The notes below the pieces were generated by a model that did no database searches, was not told the DNA's origin, and saw nothing but the letters and a program-made list of their open reading frames with translations. A stretch of 63,318 nucleotides of DNA, counting the filler, from Conidiobolus incongruus B7586 (Eukaryota): assembly GCA_000697335.1 (NCBI GenBank). It is 8 parts of 8 records of this genome, joined end to end, with 100 filler letters (N's around TTAATTAATTAA, not from the genome) between each part and the next. Parts side by side here need not be neighbours in the genome. Positions count along the whole stretch, not along the records: positions 21,343 to 46,121 come from JNEM01006003.1; positions 46,222 to 48,211 come from JNEM01006005.1; 6 more parts are not named here. One strand, written 5' to 3'. A program made the translations under genes and the position numbers. Below, in pieces: positions 35,545 to 48,311 of this stretch (positions are counted from its first letter, which is position 1; each line of letters begins with the position of its first letter).

Positions 35545-38500
35545 ATATCATTATTTTATGATACAGTATTCATTGGGAAACGAGATTAATTCACATTATA
35601 CTATAAATACTATATATGAAAAAGATGCTTGATTCCAAAAAATCAATAGTATAACATTATATAATAGAATCTGAATTTTATGATGATATAACTATTTTTT
35701 TATAAATTCATTTTTTCCTTACGTTTGTTCAATAATATCGTGTGAATTTATCGAGGTATAACTAATTTAATTCAAGAATCTGGTATCTATAACCTGCTAT
35801 AAATATAAATTTTTGAATTTTTCTGAATTAAGTTTTTTACTTAAAAATCAGATATTATCTTTTACATGAATGATCTCAACATTTCAATTAATAATTATTA
35901 CTTTGATTATATAATAATATTTATCATTTTATTTTTTAGATGATCAATTAAAATTTAAAAAATATATTTTTTTGGATAATAAAAATTCCTATAAGTTTTT
36001 TTATCTGGTTGAATTATACTTAAATTTTTTCAATCAAAATATAAAATTATTACAATAAAGATAAATTGAAATGAGTATTACATTAAAAATAAATTATATT
36101 AATTTCATGTAATATTAAATAGTCAATAATTATACCTATATGAAAATAAATTTATTACAAATATGCATTAACCTAATTGTTAAAAGAGTTTAATTTCAAT
36201 AGCTGGATAGATATGTTAAAATCTAGAACTCAATCAAGAACTATATTATATTGTTTATGGACTTGCAAAATATAGCTAATGTGAGACTGTTTTTTCAGGT
36301 AAGTAGTTACATTTTAGCAAGTGTGGGAAAAATACAGTCTTCTCAAGGGTGATCAGCTATAAGGGCGCCTGAATAGCATATTTTTCAGAATAAGGATTAG
36401 TTTGGATTACGCTTAAACCAATAACTCTGTTGTAAGTAGCTATCTCACGCTCACAACATCAAAAGCACTTTGTAAGTTACAGGTAAGGAAAAAGTAGATA
36501 TTAGAAGGTAGATCAGAAAAGGATATAATACTTATTATGTGCTAACTAGAAACTATTTTCATCTTAATAAACTTAGAATAGATGACATATTTTGCTTATT
36601 TATTAAAGGTGGAGTTCTTACTGATCTCTTTCTTGTCTAGCTTATCTCTTTGATTTCTCAGTTCAGTATGCAAAATAAAGTTTTTATAACGGGGATAGAA
36701 AATTACTCCAATATTAATTATTGTATCAACTTATAATCTACAGTATAGTTCCTTAAGCTATATATATTAAACACATATATTATTTTAAATAGAATTAATA
36801 TATTTATAAAAGTTGGAGAAATTTAACATTAGTATTAATTTCAATTAACATCCTCTTTGATTTATCAATTAATATATAAGCATAGTGGTAAATACCAATA
36901 TAGAATAGAGGAAGAGTTAATATAAAAGTAGTGTGACATAGAATGTGGTATTATAATGTGGTTGTAATGTGCAAATATAAACAAAGTTTAATTAAGCTTT
37001 GAACTGGGATAAGTCACTGATATATTAAGATTTATATTAGATAATGCTAATATATTATAATATTGATAGGATATAGTTTCAATTTTAGAAATAATAAAAA
37101 AGATAAAAAATAGTAAGAATTAAGAGAAAAAAAAACCTAGTTTATTAAATAATTCAATGTTATTTATATAATTAATTTAGTTATAAAAGTATAAATTAAT
37201 CATATAATTTATAGTTAATTGAATTATATAAAAATATATATAAGAATTTAAAAAACTAGTTTTTTAATACTCTTTTAATAAATTTCTTAAAAGAAACATA
37301 CTCTTTAGATTTTTACAAATAGATATAATAGGTTAAGATATTCTTAATATTTTTTAAAGGTTCTTATATAACTTCTTTAATAAGATAACTTATCTATTTT
37401 ACATAAAAATAAAGCTTATTCCTAATAGATTTAGATTTAATTATGTAATTAACATAGTATTTTTTTCTCTATCTTAATTAATAATTTAATGTAGTTTTAA
37501 AGTTTTTAATTGATTAAGAAAAGTATTAATATCTTCAAAATAAGGCTTGATTTTGAATATATAAAAGATAAAGTTGATCTTTAAAGTTAAAAGTAATTTT
37601 AAGATAATATTTTCAATATTTAAATCAATAGATTAAATTTTATAAGGATTATAATATAATAGCAAGTATTTTAGATTTAAGTTAGATTTAAGTAAGGTAA
37701 GTTTAAACATCAATTATTCTAAGTATACAAATATATTAATGTTAAATTTAAGAGGATTTTTAAATAACTTTAAATATTATTGTTTTATAATCCTTTAATG
37801 TTCTTCCAAGTTAAATTTAACAAAGAAATTAATATATTTGATATTAGATTAAAATTCAACAATATCTAAAGATAAATTGATTTAAAGTTTTAAAGCAATT
37901 ATTAAATTAGGATATTTATTATAATTAATAAAATAAGAGTTAAAACCTGTTGATTTATTATTAAAAATGTTAAATAAATATTATAATTGTTAGATATAAA
38001 TATTTTAATTTAATTGATTAGTGTTAATATAAGCTTTAATCATTTGGTTTAAGCTTTTAATAGTTTTTTCAATAAGTTTATTAGTTTAATAATAATTGAT
38101 AATAAATATAGCTAGATTAATCTTAAAAGAAAAAGATAATAACTTTCAAAATTAAAAGTTGAATTATATATTTTTATCAAATATAATAGTTTGTAGAACT
38201 TTATAATAGGTAAAGATATTAAAGAATAATAATTATATAATATTTTTAATTATAGAAGTTTTAAGATAAAGAATAGAATAAATATACTTAAAGAATAAAT
38301 TAATTACAATTAGTAAGTTATTATAATTAATTATTAATTTAAGAATTTCTATGAAATTAGGTTAGATTTATTATTAAGTTTTATTAAAAACTTATAGGGG
38401 AATAAATTCAATATATTTTAATTAGGTATTATATTTAGTTTTTTAGCATATTTCACAAGTATTAATGTATTTCTAAATTAATTCAATTAAAGAAAGTTAG

Positions 38501-40253
38501 TAATAACTTATTTTAATTCTTTTAACAGTCTTTAATTAGTTTTAATATTTTTTAACAAGTAAGTTATAATATTTATTAAATATTGCTTGTTAAATCTTAA
38601 GAATATTAAAGATATATAGACAATTATTATAATATAATAAGTTATCAATGATTTTAAATCTTTTAACATATTTTAATTAGTTTTCTAATAGTTTAAAAAG
38701 TTTTTTTTAATTAAAATAAAAAAATCATCATTTGATAATGTTTTTTAAACTAATTTAATAAATTCTTTATTGCCTTCATTAATAATTATTAAGTTAATAT
38801 TTACTAGCTTTTTATAATTAGAATAAAAGGATAAATATATAAGATTTTTTAATAAAGTATCTATAATAAAATTTTATTCACTTAAAAAATATTAGATAAA
38901 AAAATTAACTTAAATAATTTTAATCTATTTAACTTATTTTCTTGATAAGTACTTTTGAGTATTTAAATAAATAAGTGATTTGTGATTTATAAGTATTAAA
39001 AAAATTATAAGATAAGAAATATAAATGATTTTTAAATATTTCTATTAAAGCAAAAAGTTTTTATTTATAAACTAGGTATTTTAATTTAGCTGGTTTTATT
39101 TTTCTTAACTAGAATATTATAAGCTTTAAGATAATATTTATAAAATTAAACTTAACTTACTCTTCTTTATTTATTATTTTATTTTAAAGTTAAAAGGTAA
39201 AATATTAATTAAATTTAAACTAAGTTAATTATTTACTAATTATAAAAAAATTAAAGTTAGTAAAAATAATAATAGGTACTTTAAAATTAAAAATATATAA
39301 AGTAAAAATATTGGTAATATAGAAAATTAAAGCATTCATGTAAAAAATATATAATAGGGTTTATTTAAAAAGAGAGTTTTTTCTTAAGAAATTAGTTAAA
39401 AAAGTTATAAATTCAACAAAAAAATTAATGAAATCTTTAAAATAATATAATAATCTAAATATAAAAATAAGTTAATTTTTTTTTATAAATATAATAAAAG
39501 CTTTTACTTTATTAAGTTTAATTAGATTAATGTTAATTCCTTAAGAAAAAACAATATAATTATAAAAATAGATAAAAAAACACTAAAAATATATTTTAAT
39601 AACTTTAAAGGTAATTTATGTTTTTGAATAATTTGTAAAATTTGATTAATATATTAAATATATTCTTTTTAGTTTTTAAATAGATTAAGATATTATTAAA
39701 ATAAGTAATAATAAAGTTATTAAAAATAAGGTTAAAAAGGGAATTAATGAATTAAATAAAAATTACAAAACATTACACAATCTAAAGTTTATAATAATAA
39801 ATTTATAATAGCTTAATATAATATTGAAAATAATTAAAATAATAGAGTTTTCTTTAACTTTAATATTATAGTAATTATTTCTAATATTTAATTTAATGAA
39901 TATAATAGATTTAAGTAGTTTATTTTTAATATTATATTGGTTTAATAATAAAGTTTTATCCTTAATAGTTTTAGAGTTTAAAACATAGTTATTAATATAT
40001 AATCTTCAACCACCATTAACCTTTTATATAAAAAGAATAAGAGATTTTTATAATCAGGAAAAAAGTTTAATATGCCTATTTTTAAATAATTTTTAAATTT
40101 CTTCTTTTAAAGTTTAATATTATTTAAAAGATAAATAGTAAATAATTTTTAAGTATAGTTAAATACTTAAATGGAGTTTAATTTTATATTTAATATTATA
40201 TTTAAAAAGTAATTTATTCACAAGTTTAAAAACATTAGTATATTAACTTACTA

Positions 40254-41826
40254 CACTAACCTACAAAAGTGAGTCATAAAATCAAAAATATATATATTTT
40301 AATTTATAACTAAAACAATTGTATATATTAGATTACTTGAAACTATAATATATAATTAAGGTATATTATTTAATAATAGATAAATATATTTAGATATATT
40401 TAGTAAGCTATTAGCAAAAATATTAACCCTTAATATTTAACCAAGATGAGTTATAAATTTGCAGGTTTTTGAGATAAAGGGATATATATAACAATATATA
40501 ACTATATCTTTTTTCTCTTTTTGCTATTATTTTATATAATATTTTACAGATATACTAAATTCTTTTTATTAGTATTATTATACCTAAATCCCTCTCTAAA
40601 AAAATCTACTTGCACATTAATCAACTTTATAAAGAAAGTAAATCAACTTGTGATATTGCTAGAATTACTAGTGTTAGCTAGTCTACTATAGCTAAGGTTG
40701 TTAAGAATAGCAATGAAGAAACATTTAAACCTAAACTTAAATGTGCTAAAATCATAGATGAACATGATGAGAAGTATATCTATAGGTTAGTTAGTACAAA
40801 CAAATATAGTACTACTGTAGAAATATAGCAAGAATTACAAGACTATACAAGAATATTAGTTAGCACTGATACTATTATATGTGCTTTACATTAGCATAGA
40901 TACCACTTACACTTTAAAAAAAAACACCCCCAACTAAAGAAATCCCACTATAAAGCTAGGTAGGAGTTTAAATGTCACCACTAATGTTGAACTGAAACTA
41001 ATTAGAGTAAGGTTATTTAGTCTGATAAAACAAAAATATACCTTAGTAAATCTGATAAAAAAGTTAGATGCTTTAGAAAAGATACAGAACTACTTTATGA
41101 CCATTATGTTAATTTTACCCAAAAGTATAGTGGTGGGTTAATTATTGTTTGGGGATATATGTTGTCTTTAAGTATAAGGTATCTTTGTAAAGTTAATAAG
41201 GGAATTAATGTTGAGATGTACTAAAATATTGTGAACAATGAATTGAAAAAAACCATTGAATGGTATAGGTTAAACAAATCTAATGTTATTTTCTAGCAAG
41301 ATAATACTTCTTGCTATACTACAGCTTTTACTACTAAATAGCTTAAAAATAACAAGATAACAGTTATGAAGTGGCCTCTTTAATCTCCTAACTTTAATCT
41401 AATTAAACACCTTTAGGATTAGTTAAAAAAAGCTATTAAAGCTTTCCCCCTAGTAAAAAATTTAGATCAACTTTGGGAATATGTTCAAGAAGTATAGAAC
41501 AAGATTAACCCTTCTTAGTATAAGAAGTTAGTTGATTCTATACCCCACAAACTTAAAGAAGTTAGAAAAGCTAAAGGTAGATACACTAGGTTTTAATTTT
41601 TTTTTATCACCAAAAACCTACAAATTTATAACTCACCTTAGGTAAAATTTAAGGGTTTATATTTTAACTAATTAATAGCTAAATATCATCATTTAATGAT
41701 ATATATAACTAATAAATATAATAGATTTTAATTATTTAATTTAGGTTTATTTCATTAAATATTAATCAAGTTATTAGTAAAAATATAAGTGTTTTTGATT
41801 TTATGACTCACTTTTGCAGGTTAGTG
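40254..41826 (+). mobile_element. Tc1-family (DD34E) IR-DR transposon, copy 1, least degraded
   Basis: TA-flanked; 35-bp outer TIR CACTAACCT[A/G]CAAAAGTGAGTCATAAAATCAAAAA; inner repeats ~170-215 bp in. Colinear transposase ~40579-41596: KSTCDIARITSVS*ST (HTH), VI*SDKTK (WSDE), F*QDNT, WPL*SPNFNLIKHL* (WPxQSPDxNPIEHLW), AKGRYTRF*. Confidence 0.93.
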
Positions 41827-43428
41827 TATATTATATAAAAAGTAGTTATTAGTTATAACTTCATTAAAATTAATAAATAAAATATTAATAAATAAATAAT
41901 AAATAAATATATATATCTTTATAGATTATGAAAATTTTTAATTAGTTTTTTATATTAATTTTTGTTTATAATAATAGTATTATTTAACACAATTATAGAA
42001 TTAATATTAGGTAAAATATTTAATAATTTTATAATAGGGTAATATAAATGTTTTAAGATTAATTCTACTAATTTCTTTTAAATTATAAAAAAAAATAAAT
42101 TTATAACTTTTTAAAGTAATATTCATAAATAAAAAACTATGGTATTTAAACTAATTTTAACCTAGTATAAAATTATAACTAATATTACCAACTAAGAATT
42201 TAATATATTAAGAGTAGCTAAGAAATAGTAATAAATATTTAAATATAATATTAAATATTTATTTTATTAAATTATTAACATATTTAATTATTAAGCAGCT
42301 TTTTTAAATAGGTAAAAATAGTTTTATAATAATAAAAAAAGAAATAATATAATTAAAACAACTAAAGTTAATTAAAACATAAACAAGTATATCTATAAAA
42401 TATTTAGTTAAAAAAAACAATAAAGTGATAATTAAAAGTAAAAAATTATAAGGTAAATTAGTTACTAGAATATTTTTAATTTCTAATAATTTAATTAATT
42501 AGATCTCTTTAATATATATAGTTTAATTTTTGGAATTATTAGTTTATTAGAACTTTTGTGTATTAGATTAAAATCTATTAATGAATTATAAAAGAAGTAA
42601 TTTTAAAGTTATATTAATATTATTCAGGTTTAATTTATAATTAGTAGATTAAGATTATTAAAAATTAAACAGATATTGTTTTTTAAAAGGATATTTATCA
42701 TCTTTATAATTAATTTAAATTATTTAGAAATAATAATAACTTTTATTGACTTTTAAATAAGTTTTAGCTTTTTCATTAAAAGTTTTCTTATAGAGCTTTA
42801 AAACAGAAATATATATTATTTGAGATTTAAGTAACTAAAAGTAAATTTTAAAAGATTAATTTTTAAGATAAAAAATTTAATTATAAAATAAAAGATATCA
42901 TCAATTATTATTACTATATTACAAATATTAAAAAAAATATAATATTAAAATATTCCCAATTAATTAACTAAAGTTTTATTTGAAGATTAAAGTATTATAA
43001 TCACTTATAGATTTTTTTTAGTGATATTTAATATGTTTAAATATATCTCATTAAATTTCTTAAATAATTACCTTATAGAAGTTTTTTATTGAATTTAAAA
43101 AAGCTTTTATTTTGTTAATTAAACTTAATTTTTTAAATAAAATTTCTTTTTAAAAGCTTTTTCTAATTATTTAATGGTTTATATTTTTATAGTAGGTTAT
43201 CCCCTTAAAAACTCTTTATAATTAAGTTCATAATAAATTAACTACTAAATATAAGTTATTTTTTTTCAAATAAAATAACTAATTTAAAGATATTCTTTAA
43301 ATCTTTATTAAAAATTAAATTAAAATAATTTTTTATAATTTTAAAATAATATTCAAGATTGTAGAGGTTTTTAAAACTATTATAAATAGTTAATTTATTT
43401 TTAAAAATATTAAAAAGATAGTTTAATA

Positions 43429-44997
43429 TACTAACCTAGAAAAATAAGTCATAAAATCAAAAACACTTATATTTTTACTAATAACTTAATTAATATTTAA
43501 TGAAATAAACTTTAATTTAATAATTAAAATCAATTATATTTATTAATTATATATATCATTAAATAATAATATTTAGCTATTAATTGGTTAAAATATAAAC
43601 CTTTAAATTTTACCTAAGGTAAGTTATAAATTTATAAGTTTTTGGTAATTAAAAAAATTAAAACTTAATATATTTATCTTTAACTTTTCTAACTTCTTTA
43701 GGTTTATAAGGTATAGAATCAATTAACTTTTTATATTAAAAAGGGTTAATTTTATTTTATGTTTCTTAAATATATTTTTAAAGTTGATTTAAATTTTTTA
43801 CTAGAGGGAAAACTTTAATAGCTTTTTTTAACTAATCTAAAAAGTGTTTAATTAGATCAAAGTTAAAAAATTAAAAAAGCTATTTTATAACTATTATCTT
43901 GTTATTTTTAAGTTATTTGGTAGTAAAGACTATAGTATAAGAAAAAGTATTATCTTATTAAAAAATAACATTAGATTTGTTTAACCTATATTATTTAATA
44001 GTTTTTTCAATTTATTATTCAAAATATTTTAGTACATTTTAATATTAATTCCCTTATTAACTTTATAAAGATACTTTACACCTAAAAACAACATATATCT
44101 TTAAATAATAATTAACTTATAATTGTACTTTTAAGTAAAATTAACATAATAATTATAAAGTAGTTCTATATCTTTTCTGAAGCATTTAGCTTTTTTATTA
44201 GATTTACTAAGATATATTTTTATTTTATTAAACTAAATAACTTTATTCTAATTAGTTTTAGTTTAATATTAATAGTAATATTTAAACTCCCACTTAATTT
44301 TATAATGGGATTTTTTTAATTAAGGGTGTTTTTTCTTAAAATATAAGTGATATCTATGTTAATATAAAGTATATATAATAATATTAGTGTTAAATAATAT
44401 TCTTATATAGTTTTATAGTTTTTGTTATATTTCTACAATAATACTACACTTACTTATATTAACTAACCTATAAATATACTTCTTATTATATTTATCTATA
44501 ATCTTAATATTATTAAGTTTAAGTTTAAATTTTTTTTATTATTATTCTGAATAGCTTTAATTATAATAAACTAACTAACACTAGTAATTCTAATAATATT
44601 ATAAGTTAATTTATCTTTTTTATAAGGTTAATTAATATATAAATAGATTTTTTTAGAGAGGGATTTAGGTATAATAATACTAATAAAAAAATTTATTATA
44701 TCTGTAAAATATTATATAAAATAATAACAAAGAGAGAAAAAAGATATAGCTATATATTATTAAATATATCCCCTTATCTCAAAAACCTACAAATTTATAA
44801 CTCACCTTAGTAAAATATTAAAGGTTAATATTTTTGCTAATATTTTACTAAATATATCTAAATATATTTATTTATTATTAAAATATATACTTCAATTATA
44901 TATTATAGTTTTAAATAATCTAATATATATAGCTATTTTAGTTATTAATTAAAATATATATATTTTTGATTTTATAACTTACTTTTATAGGTTAGTA
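43429..44997 (-). mobile_element. Tc1-family transposon, copy 2 (inverted, more mutated)
   Basis: Full-length reverse-complement match to copy 1; TA-flanked; TIRs degraded by transitions. Confidence 0.9.
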
Positions 44998-46221
44998 TAT
45001 ATTAACTATAATAAAATAACTAGTTTATTAGATTTAAGCTTTTTAAGTTATATTCTTCTTAACTAAAAGTTATTTAATATAGATTTCTTAAAGGGTAATA
45101 AGCTTTTAAAGACTAAAGTTTTAAATTCACTTAGTAATTAAATTACTATCATTATTAAAATAATATGAGGCTATTTTTGTGATAGTATTATAGTATATAA
45201 TATTAAATTTAAATAAAATAAATTATAGATAAGCTTCAAAATAATAATAAATATATTTGATATAAATAATTATTAATTTCTAATAGGTTTTAATTGTTTT
45301 ATTATTGTTATTATATAAGTATAGTATTAAATACTAATATAATATAAAAGAAAACTTAATATGAGAGTAATGTGATATAAAATATAATACTATAATATAG
45401 TTATAGTGTATAAATATAAACAAAGTTTAATTAAGCTTTAAACTAGGATAAGTTACTAATATATTAAGATTTATATTAGATATTGCTAATATACTATAAT
45501 ATTAATAGGATATAGTTTTAATTTTAAAAATAATAAAAAAAAATAAGAAATAATAAGAGTTAAAAGAAAAAAACCTAGTATATTAGATAATTTAATGCTA
45601 TTTATATAATTAAATTAGCTATAAAAGTATAAATTAATTATATACTTTATAGTTAATTAAATTATATAAAAATATATATTGGAATTTAAAGAATTAGTCT
45701 CTTAACATAATATATTCCCAAATTTATAATAATATTTTTTAATTAAAACTTATTGAAATACAATACTAAATAATATATTTTAAAATATTTTTAAGGTTTT
45801 TATTTTCCCATAAAATTTTAAATTTCTTTTTTTTACTTAAATATTTCAATACCAAGATTATTAGCTTGTTTATAGTTTATTTTTTTTATTATTTATATTA
45901 AATATTATAGATTCAAGCTATAAAATATTTTTATATAGATATTTATATTTTTTTAAATTTAAAAAATATAATTTCTGAAGATAAAATAAATTGGGATAAT
46001 ATTTCTCAAATCAGCTTTTATTAGGGAATAATATTATAATTCTGTATTATTATAATTCATAATAATAAATTATATTTCTTGTGATTATTCTTATATTAAT
46101 ATTTATTTTATATCTTTATTANNNNNNNNNNNNNNNNNNNNNNNNNNNNNNNNNNNNNNNNNNNNTTAATTAATTAANNNNNNNNNNNNNNNNNNNNNNN
46201 NNNNNNNNNNNNNNNNNNNNN

Positions 46222-48211
46222 TTTTTAAAATTATTTAAAACTTAAAAACAGCTTATAAAATTGATATTTATCTAAAATTACTATATATTGCTAAATTTGT
46301 GATTTTAAAGTTAGAAAAAATATTACTTAAAATATATTATAGTTTAAAAAATTAATTTTAAATATTATTTATTATTTATTATTAAAATAAAAAAATATAT
46401 TGACAAATATCTATTTATTTTAATTAAAGAATTATTAAGATATTTTAATATTAATTATAAACTAACTTATAAAAGTAAGTTATAAAATCAAATATATATA
46501 TATTTTAATTAATAACTAAAACAATTGTATATATTAATTTATTTGAAATTATAATATATAATTAAAGAATATTATTTGATTATAAATAAATATATTTAGA
46601 TATATTTAGTAAACTATTAACAAAAATATTAACCCTTAATATTTAACTAAGGTAAGTTATAAATTTGTAGGTTTTTAAGATAAAAGGATATATTTAACAA
46701 TATATAACTATATCTTTTTTCTCTCTTTGTTATTATTTTATATAATATTATATACATATATTAAATTTTTTTTATTAGTATTATTATACTTAAATCCCTT
46801 TTTAAAAAAATTTACTTGTGTATTAATTAACTTTATAAAAAAGATAAATCAACTTATAATATTGTTAGAATTACTAGTGTTAACTAGTTTACTATAGTTA
46901 AAGCTGTTAAAAATAACAATAAAAACAGATATAAACTTAAACTTAAATATGTTCAGATTATAGATAAATATAATAAGAAGTATATTTGTAAGTTAGTTAA
47001 TATAAGTAAATATAGTACTGTTATAGAAATATAACAAGAACTATAAGATTATGTAAGAATATTAGTTAGTATTAATACTATTATATGTGTTTTATATTAG
47101 TATAGATACTATTTACACTTTAAGAAAAAACACCACTAATTAAAGAAATCCTACTATAAAGCTAAGTAAAAGTTTAAATGTTGCTACTAATATTAAACTA
47201 AAATTAATTAGAATAAAGTTATTTAGTTTGATGAAATAAAAATATACTTTAGTAAATCTAATAAAAAAACTAGATATTTCAGAAAAGATACAAAACTACT
47301 TTATAACCATTATGTTAATTTTACCTAAAAGTACAATAATAGATTAATTATTGTTTAGGGATATATGTTATCTTTAGTTGTAAGGTATCTTTATAAAGTT
47401 AATAAGGGAATTAATACTAAAATATACTAAAGTATTCTAAATAATAAATTAAAAAAACTATTAAATAATATAGGTTAAACAAATCTAATATTATTTTCCA
47501 GTAAAATAATACCTCTTGTTATACTCTAGCTTCTATTACCAAATAGCTTAAAAATAACAAGATAACAGTTATAAAGTGGTTTCTTTAATCTTTTAACTTT
47601 AACTTAATTAAATACCTTTGGAATTAGTTAAAAAAAGCTATTAAAGCTTTCCCTTAGCTAAAGATTTAAATCAACTTTAAAAATATATTTAAGAATTATA
47701 AAACAAGATTAACCTTTCTTAATATAAGAAGTTAATTAATTTTATATCTTATAAACTTAAAGAAGTTAGAAAAGCTAAAGGTAGATACATTAGGTTTTAA
47801 TTTTTTTATCACTAAAAACCTATAAATTTATAACTCACCTTAGGTAAAATTTAAGTATTTATATTTTAACCAATTAATAACTAAATATCATCATATAATG
47901 ATATATAATATTAATAAATATAATACATTTTAATTATTTAATTTAAGTTTATTTCATTAAATATTAGTTAAGTTATTAGTAAAAATATAAATGTTTTTGG
48001 TTTTATGATTTATTTTTATAGATTAGTATATAAACATATTATATATATTTAAGTTTAAACTTAATTTAATTAATAAAAATATAAAATAAACACCTTATAA
48101 TTCAACAAATATTTAAAAAAAATTAGAATAGTGACAGTTAAACTAAACTTATCAAAATATAACCAAAACCAAAGGTTTTTATATTAAATATCTATAATTA
48201 ATGAATTTTAA
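46222..48211 (+). mobile_element. Internal part of a mariner copy (46222-46459 and 48029-48211) interrupted by Tc1 copy 3
   Basis: The two flanks match ~15980-16220 and ~16220-16400 of the mariner and join at a duplicated TA. Confidence 0.75.
46460..48028 (+). mobile_element. Tc1-family transposon, copy 3
   Basis: Full-length match to copy 1; TA-flanked; heavily transition-mutated. Confidence 0.9.
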
Positions 48212-48311
48212 NNNNNNNNNNNNNNNNNNNNNNNNNNNNNNNNNNNNNNNNNNNNTTAATTAATTAANNNNNNNNNNNNNNNNNNNNNNNNNNNNNNNNN
48301 NNNNNNNNNNN

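Larger units (their letters stand above)
36867..45707 (-). mobile_element. Hypermutated Ty3/Gypsy chromovirus LTR retrotransposon carrying two nested Tc1 insertions
   Basis: Direct ~400-bp LTRs at ~36867-37269 and 45306-45707 (TGTTA..TTAACA). Minus-strand relics: RT NFRLCNV..TYFNNILIY (FGLCNAP..YxDDILIY, ~39690-39790); RNase H AKLKYLVYK*KL and INHKSL (TDHKSL); integrase YNPYKI (GPY); chromodomain YVK*ISY..*EPLKNI. Order is RT-RH-IN-chromo. TSD and PBS are not recognisable. Confidence 0.85.

Noticed and set aside
36200..36760. Moderately GC-richer stretch before the chromovirus LTR
   Set aside because: No ORF, termini or motif identified.
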